Under the pieces are notes generated by a model, which searched no databases, had not been told where the DNA came from, and saw only the letters and a program-made list of their open reading frames with translations. Of a stretch of 64,000 bases of DNA, positions 57,303 through 64,000 are shown piece by piece (the first letter of the stretch is position 1; the number at the start of each line of letters is the position of its first letter). The translations under genes were made by a program, and so were the position numbers. Origin of the DNA: Neophaeotheca triangularis (lineage: Eukaryota); NCBI GenBank assembly GCA_054600435.1, contig BAAIJX010000027.1, forward strand, positions 124,001-188,000. The letters are read 5' to 3'.

Positions 57303-59283
57303 ATGCTGGGTATTCCAAAGTATTATGGCCTCCAGGGCAAGAACCTCAAGCTTGCCATCAGTATCATTGCTGGCCTGGACTTTCTGTAAGCAGCGCAGGC
57401 CGTTTGCTCGATTCTCCGGAGCATTTCGCGCTGACCACGCCTCCAGGCTATTCGGATATGATCAAGGTGTCACGGGTGGTCTGCTAGACCTGCCCTCCTT
57501 TGTCAAATACTTTCCGGACATCGACACTGAGAACGTGGAGCCCAACTCTGCATTGGCTAGTTCGCGTGCGTCTAACCAAGGCATTGCTGTTGCCAGTTAC
57601 AATCTAGGATGCTTGTGAGTTAGAACAGACGCGAGCGATGCTCGTGATCCTGCTTGGAGGTAACAACCCGCTGACGTGAATAGCCTCGGTGCTGTCTTCA
57701 CCATCTTCGTCGGAAACCCGCTTGGCCGAAGGAAGACTATTTTCGTTGGCTCCATCATCATGACTGTGGGCGCACTGCTGCAATGCACCTCCTACGACCT
57801 GCCTCAATTCATCGTGGGCCGCATCGTCACCGGCTGGGGAAATGGCATGAACACATCGACTGTTCCCATGTACCAATCTGAAACGAGTCAGTCGCATGAA
57901 CGTGGCAAGCTGGTCATGATCGAGGGAATGCTTATTACTGCTGGCATCACAATCTCTTACTGGATCAACTACGGCATGGCCTTCATCGGAGAGAATGAAG
58001 TGGCATGGCGCTTTCCCCTGGCGTTCCAGATTGTCTTCTGCTTAATCATCTTCGGCACCATTATCAACCTGCCGGAATCACCCCGTTGGTTGGTCATGAA
58101 GGGAAGGAACGAGGACGCCCTAGAAGTGCTTGAGGCAGTCAATGGGCTCCCGCGCGATCACCCCGCCGTGATGGCAGAGCTCGCCGAGGTCGAGGCCACT
58201 GTACGGGAAATGAACAAGGGCTCCTACAGGGCCCTCTTCCAGATGTCCAGCTACCGCGAATTCCACAGAGTCGTCCTTGCATACGTCAACCAGATGTTCC
58301 AGCAGATCTCGGGCATCAATCTGATCACCTACTATGCGCCGACGCTTTACAATGGTATCGGACTGGAAGGGCCAAACATTGCTAAATTGATGGCGGCTTG
58401 CAACGGAACCGAGTACCTTCTAGCGGCATTCATTCCAATCTTTATTGTAGAGAAAGTCGGTCGCAGAACATTGATGGTTCGTTAGCGCAATTCAACCCCT
58501 TGTTGTTGAAGAGCAGAATTGCTAACAAAAATGCAGTTGATCGGTGCCGCTGGCATGTCGGCATCCATGGCTATTCTTGCTGGTTCAAATTATGCCTTGG
58601 AGGCGCACGGCAACCAAAACGCTGGATATACCCAGGCTGCTTTCCTCTTCATCTTCAACACCTTCTTCGCAATCGGCTGGCTAGGAATGACCTGGCTGTG
58701 AGTTTGGCTCCTCCCGACAAGATCGTTTTAACATAATACTGACAACGATTGTTTTAGATATCCGGCCGAGATCGTACCGCTGAAGATCAGGGCACCTGCA
58801 AACGCACTTTCGACGAGTGGCAACTGGATCTTCAACTGTAAGTCATCCCCCCTACCCCCTTAAAGACTCCCGGAGGCTGACATTTCCTAGTTATGGTCGT
58901 TATGATCACTCCCCCAGCCTTTGCCAACATTGGTTACCAAACTTACATCATCTTTGCCGTCATCAACGCCGTCATCTTCCCGACCGTGTTCTTTTTCTAC
59001 GTAAGTGCTATCAATTCGCGCACCCCTTGTAGATACATCAAAAGCTGACCTGTACCAGCCCGAAACCCGCGGACGTGGTCTCGAGGAAATGGACACCATT
59101 TTCAAGAAGACCACCAACGTTTTCAACGTTGTGCCCATCTCGCTCAACGAGCCTCACAGGTTCGACAAATACGGCCACCTCAAGCCAGAATTTGTCGACC
59201 AAGTCCATCGCCGTGCCAGTGCTGGAAAGAATCTTTCCGACGAAGACGTCAATGGCTCCGACACGAAGCAGGAGAAGGTTTGA
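57303..59283 (+). CDS. MFS sugar porter (STL1-like hexose/glycerol transporter)
   Basis: LFGYDQG, GRRKT, PMYQSE, ERG, PESPRWL, QQISGINLITYY, YPAEI and PETRG. Six short introns. Confidence 0.93.
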
Positions 59284-60404
59284 GCGGATTCGGATCGATG
59301 CTGAGGAGGAATGGGTTTGATGATTTAGCTAAGTAGTTCGTCGATCTTGCCGAGCTTTCAGCTGGATGGATGAGTACCTTAGATAGAGATAATCACACGA
59401 AACATGCCTAGACCTGAAGTTCACATCCGGCAGTTCCACTTTTAAACTCGACAAGCTTGTCGTCGACTTGGCTGAATGCCATGCTTTTTGTTCCTTCTTG
59501 GGTGCTTGGCCGGATCAACGCTCTTTGACTGCAAGATTTCAACACATCCTTGACAACTACCTGTTCACTACTAGAAAACGAAGACATGTATAAATGCAGC
59601 GAGAAGCCGACATTGATAACAAGATTGCAATGTCTGGGTCTCTTGGGGTGTGTTGCTACAGATATACATCTGGCTTTCGGGGGGACTTGGCTTGCACATT
59701 TGCAAGAAAGGGACTCTCCCTCCAGACACAGAAGCCTGTCAATTTGCGCCGGAAAATTGCCAATGTCCCCCCGGGCGTGCGTCATGCTTCTATCCCTTTG
59801 TGATAGCACTGCATTATCCGGACCAGGAGGACAGATTGTGCCTTACCCCAGGGGAAGACTTCGACGTGAACCTGCCGTCTACCGCCGGGAGAGCGTGCGA
59901 TATCAAAAGTGTTGGCTGAATAGCTGGAAGCCTCAATGGCAAACTCTACTACTTCTGCAGTTGCACTGTCAACCTTATGACTTCGCGAGTACGGTCTTCA
60001 AGTGGAAAAGAACAATCTGTCCCTAGTAATCTCATCTATCATGGTCTCAATGTCAATCGTGATGACCCAGATAATGTGCTCCGCCCAATAACCTCTGCAG
60101 TTTTCCATTGACCATTTCTTCTGCAACGCCATAAATCAAAGCGACAGTGCCCGTCGCAGCTTGCAGAGCCCGTACCCGCGGAGCAGACCCCTTGTGAATC
60201 GCTATCCCGTTTCCCAGTAGATCGAAGAACGCCTCTCGCAATGCCATGAAAGAACTAATTTCCTACTTCGTCGCGTCGTCAATAAGAAAAGCCAGCCAAT
60301 ACTCCTTCGGCTTGAACATGATAGGCCGCCGCCTCCTCGTCAAGCATATAATCGTAAGACAAGGGTTTCCTGCTCATCTTACACCCCTCCCAGTCTGTCG
60401 CTCC

Positions 60405-62170
60405 TCACGGCAGGTCCAGTTGGAATTGCTTGAAGTTCCCTGAAATGTCGTTGCATCGTGGACATGTACTCATACGCCCGTTGCTTTGACCACTGACAAT
60501 TGCCTCAACGCAAGTGGAGCAGATGCCACACATGCAATTCGTGCAGCCGTAACAATCTTTTAGTATGCTGCGCCGGCGGCAACCCGAGCAATAGATGTGC
60601 ACTGGTGGTTGGAACATGGGTGAAGAGTCCGAATTCATGCCAGTGGGGTTCATAATGTGGAATTGCGACCCAGAGCCGGCGGAATTGTGATGTTGATGTG
60701 AGAGGTTCCAGGAGAGTGAGGACTCGACAGAAGGAAAGTTCTGCAAATCTAGACCCGGCTCTGGCGCTGGTGGGGTTAAAGCTTGGTTCAGAGGTGATGC
60801 TTGATAAGATTGGAATTGCGAGCCTAGTGCAAACGGAGGCATGGATGTGCGTGAAGGAACCTGCTCCTGGTGGGGTGATTGATAAGGGGAAGCGGGTATC
60901 TGCAAGCGGTCAGCTCTAGCATTCTTAATGTCCAAAGGAGATTTCAGGGTACTAACGGGTGTCAAATCGCGAGAATCTTCCTCGGTTGCACTTGTAGCTG
61001 CGTCGATCAAGTCCTCCCATCGCTTCCCCAAAGCAGACGTCGCACCAGGCTCGGCTGAGAAGGCCTTGCGCTCACCGCTGTTGCGCTTGGATAGATCTTT
61101 TGATCTGCGACGCTCGTGCTTTGCGAGGCGAGCGTGTTGGCTAAGGCTAGTCTTTCTCGGTCGGACGTGGCTGGTGGAAGGTCTACGTTGATGATGCGGA
61201 GGCAACGTTTCGCGATCTTCTGGCGGCGGCGAGTTTGCCATTGCATTCGGCAGCAGACCCGGCTGGTGCTGCTCTGAGGTGACTGGGAAGGAAGGGTGGC
61301 TTTGCATGAAGCTTTGATCTTCTGCGAGCTGGGGATCGACCCCAAAGTGGTTCGACTTCATCTCGTTGTTGGGATCGGCATAGATCTGAAGGAAATCCGC
61401 TTCAGTGATTGTCGGCGACATGTGATATAAAGGGAAAATCACCTGTGTGACGTCGTTGCCGCCCCAATCTGAATCCGGCCGGTGGTAATGCAGTTGCGCA
61501 AGGGCAGCGGCGGCAGACGCGGCTGGGATGAGCGAGCCGCGTCGATACTCATCTGAACTCCGCTGCTGAGCTTGCATGCTGTTGAAGATGGCGGTGGCAT
61601 CTGTGTCGCCAGCAGTGTAGTATCCTCCGTCATGCTGGCCCAACGCATGGCCGAATTGTTGGTAGTCTTGATTCAGACCCACGTCCAAGTTGAACGCCGG
61701 AGACATATCTGACGACGGATCAGCATGTTGTGGATGGTGCTGTTGGATATGGTGGTGGTGCTGCTGCTGTGTCGGTTGCTGCTCCGGAACCTCGTGGGGC
61801 GATGTTGTTATCATGAGCTCGAAGCTTTCTTTAGTCGCCGGCAACTTGGGGAGATAGTACTCGGGATGGGCTCGGCGGATATGCTCCTGCATCGAGCGGA
61901 AGCGTTTCTCCTGCGCAAGCCGACATTGTCAGTTATTAACCATTAACCCGACAGACGTTCCCGTAACGGCATAGCGCATGAATCGCAAGGAGATGAGAGA
62001 GTATGGAGAGGGAGAGGGAGTAGGAGAGGGGGAGGGGGGGAGAGGGAGATACATACGCCAAGACATCGCTTTCTGCAACTCGAGCCATCTTGGTTCTGTA
62101 GAGGACAGACGACCTCGTTGTTGGAATCAGAGACGGAGAAGGAGCCGGTGAGGGAAGCTCTGGGAGGCAT
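60405..62170 (-). CDS. Putative transcription regulator with N-terminal C2H2-like finger and C-terminal Cys-rich (RING-like) finger; resembles RfeD-type proteins
   Basis: VVCPLQNQDGSSCRKRCLG|EKRFRSMQEHIRRAHP, KRWEDLIDAA and C-terminal C..C...C..C.CGIC..C...CPRC. Introns 61911-62056, 61386-61442 and 60900-60956. Confidence 0.82.
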
Positions 62171-62608
62171 GACTGCTACGGCCAGCCTAGACAGCCTTTT
62201 GCCAATGGGGCGGAAGGGCGTGACCACGGAGCGCACTGACGGCGGCGGTGGTGGCGGACGAGGTGGAGAGCTCTCGTAAAGGTAGTAGTGGTGGGTTGGT
62301 AAGGATAGCTTGAATCTGCGACAGAGAGAGAAGGAGAGAGACAGGGCGAGCGGCAAAGCAAGCAAGCTGTGAGGCTGAAGCTCGCCCTAGGCCGGGACTC
62401 GCAGCGAGGGGTGGGCGGGCAGGCAGCAGTAGGGTTTGGGGGACAGCTACTGCTTGCTACCGAGGGAGGAGGTGAGGTAAGGTGAGGTAGGAGGTGAGGT
62501 ATAGTCAGGTAGGTAGGTAGGTAGGTAGGTAGGTGGGATGGAATAGGCGGAGCCGGGTTTGTCGCGTGGAGCTAGAGGTGGGTGTGTGGGTGTCTCTGAC
62601 TCTCCGTG

Positions 62609-62783
62609 TATGCGTATGCGTATGCGTATGCGTGGAAAGCCAAGGGAGCTTTTGCTTATCGTTTGGCAGTAGCCCAAGTGATTAGTAGTGAAGCTCGAAC
62701 AGCTAGCTATACAAGAGCTGTCTGTGGTGAGCTGATCCGAGCCGAGCTGAGCTGAAGCTAGAAGCTAGAAGCTAGAAGCTAAG
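62609..62783. repeat. Short tandem repeats (TATGCG)4 and (GAAGCTA)4 in a divergent promoter
   Basis: Directly visible at about 62609-62632 and 62754-62781. Confidence 0.8.
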
Positions 62784-63645
62784 TTAAGTACTGGGGGATA
62801 CGAGTATTGATGGTGGCAGTAGTAAAAGTAAAGTAAGGTAAGGTAAGGTGGGACAGTGGTAAGGACAACGACGACGAGGTTCAGTAGTAGTGGGCAGTAG
62901 TGGTGGGCAGTAGTATTGGAAGTCAGTCAGTGGGTAGAGAGGGAGGATGCGCAGGTGATGTGGATGAGGGAGGGGTCTTTGATGGTGGGGTTTTGCGTGC
63001 ACGGACCCATGTTAAGTCCTCAGTCTCTGTGCAAAGACGATTACCTACAACTCCCTCCTAACTATCACAGGTCAACAGTGTAAGACTATACCTATTAAGG
63101 TATTGATGGTGTATGGCCATTTCAATAATCCATCTTCATCCATAGTACTACCTAGGTATGTATGTACTATGACTGAGCATTATTAGCGAAAAGCTACTGC
63201 GGGTCCCTTGCTCACTACTACTACTAGTTATTCAGGTAGAGACATTTATCTTATCGAAGAAAATAACTTAATGCGTTCAGTAATAACCGGTACCTAGCTT
63301 CTCTGGACTCCCATTGGTTGTTGAGTCGGGTGGTGCATCTCGAACATGACGGAACTGGCGCCAAGGAAGTTGTAGGCTTCCTTTCGTCTCGACTTGCCTC
63401 CCGAATCGATTCCATCAATTGATCTTCACACCCGTCGAGCACTACCTTACCTTACGCCATGCTTGCTCTCGAACATACTAATGTTACACCTCGTACCACT
63501 GCCCTGCCCTCCATATCCTGCTGTCACTCACTACAACACTCCTCCATTCATCATGTCCAGAGCCGGCAGTACCGCCCTTTCCCTCGTTCCTGCCTCAAAG
63601 TCAACCCTCGAGCTCGGTTGATCTGGCTCGTCGACGACTACTAGC

Positions 63646-64000
63646 ATGGCCTTGACCGTCAGGCATCTCAATGCCGACACCACTTTTCTCCTCACCTTCT
63701 CGCCCTCCTTTGCACCCGCAAACAAGGTTGCCCAATTTCCCGGCTCATTCACCATCCTCATCGATCCCTGGCTCGTCGGTCACTCGTCGATACTACACCC
63801 TTCCTTTCAGATATCCAACCACACAACAGCACCCTCCGTCGCCTCAATAACGGATTTGAAAGAGCAGCCAGATTTGATCCTCGTCAGTCAGGACAAACCC
63901 GACCATTGCCACCGAGAGACACTATGCTCGTTGCCGAAAGACACGAACATCAACATACTAGCCACGCCGGCGGCGGCTAAGATCATCAGGTCATGGAAGC
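63646..64000 (+). CDS. Metallo-beta-lactamase-fold protein, 3' end outside window
   Basis: MALTVRHLNADTTFLL..ILIDPWLVG..PDLILVSQDKPDHCHRETL. Frame is open to the window end. Confidence 0.75.
   Translation, partial: MALTVRHLNADTTFLLTFSPSFAPANKVAQFPGSFTILIDPWLVGHSSILHPSFQISNHTTAPSVASITDLKEQPDLILVSQDKPDHCHRETLCSLPKDTNINILATPAAAKIIRSWK

Overview
Gene-dense eukaryotic DNA from a filamentous ascomycete. The gene style and short GT-AG introns with CTRAC branch points suggest a Dothideomycete (inference). The window holds about 22 protein-coding genes: an Osh6/7-type oxysterol-binding protein (5' truncated), the PalB/Rim13 calpain, the peroxisomal ATP carrier Ant1, a small mitochondrial protein, a secreted beta-lactamase-family protein, a Zn2Cys6 factor, a 2OG-Fe(II) oxygenase, Cox20, the DNA polymerase epsilon catalytic subunit, three Ser/Thr-rich secreted or GPI proteins, a CaM kinase, an App1-type phosphatase, a GH32 fructofuranosidase, an Ldb17-like protein, a ubiquitin-AN1 fusion, an MFS sugar porter, two putative regulators and a 3'-truncated metallo-beta-lactamase-fold gene. 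It also has two decayed genes and an intron-containing tRNA-Cys. The most unusual element is a dispersed 5S rRNA gene (15564-15836, minus strand). Its helices I-V still pair and its internal promoter region and T-run terminator are present, but loop C carries a ~159-nt structured insert with a 22-bp hairpin whose only non-Watson-Crick pairs are G.U in the 5S sense. All calls come from reading the sequence and recalling protein families; no searches were run.
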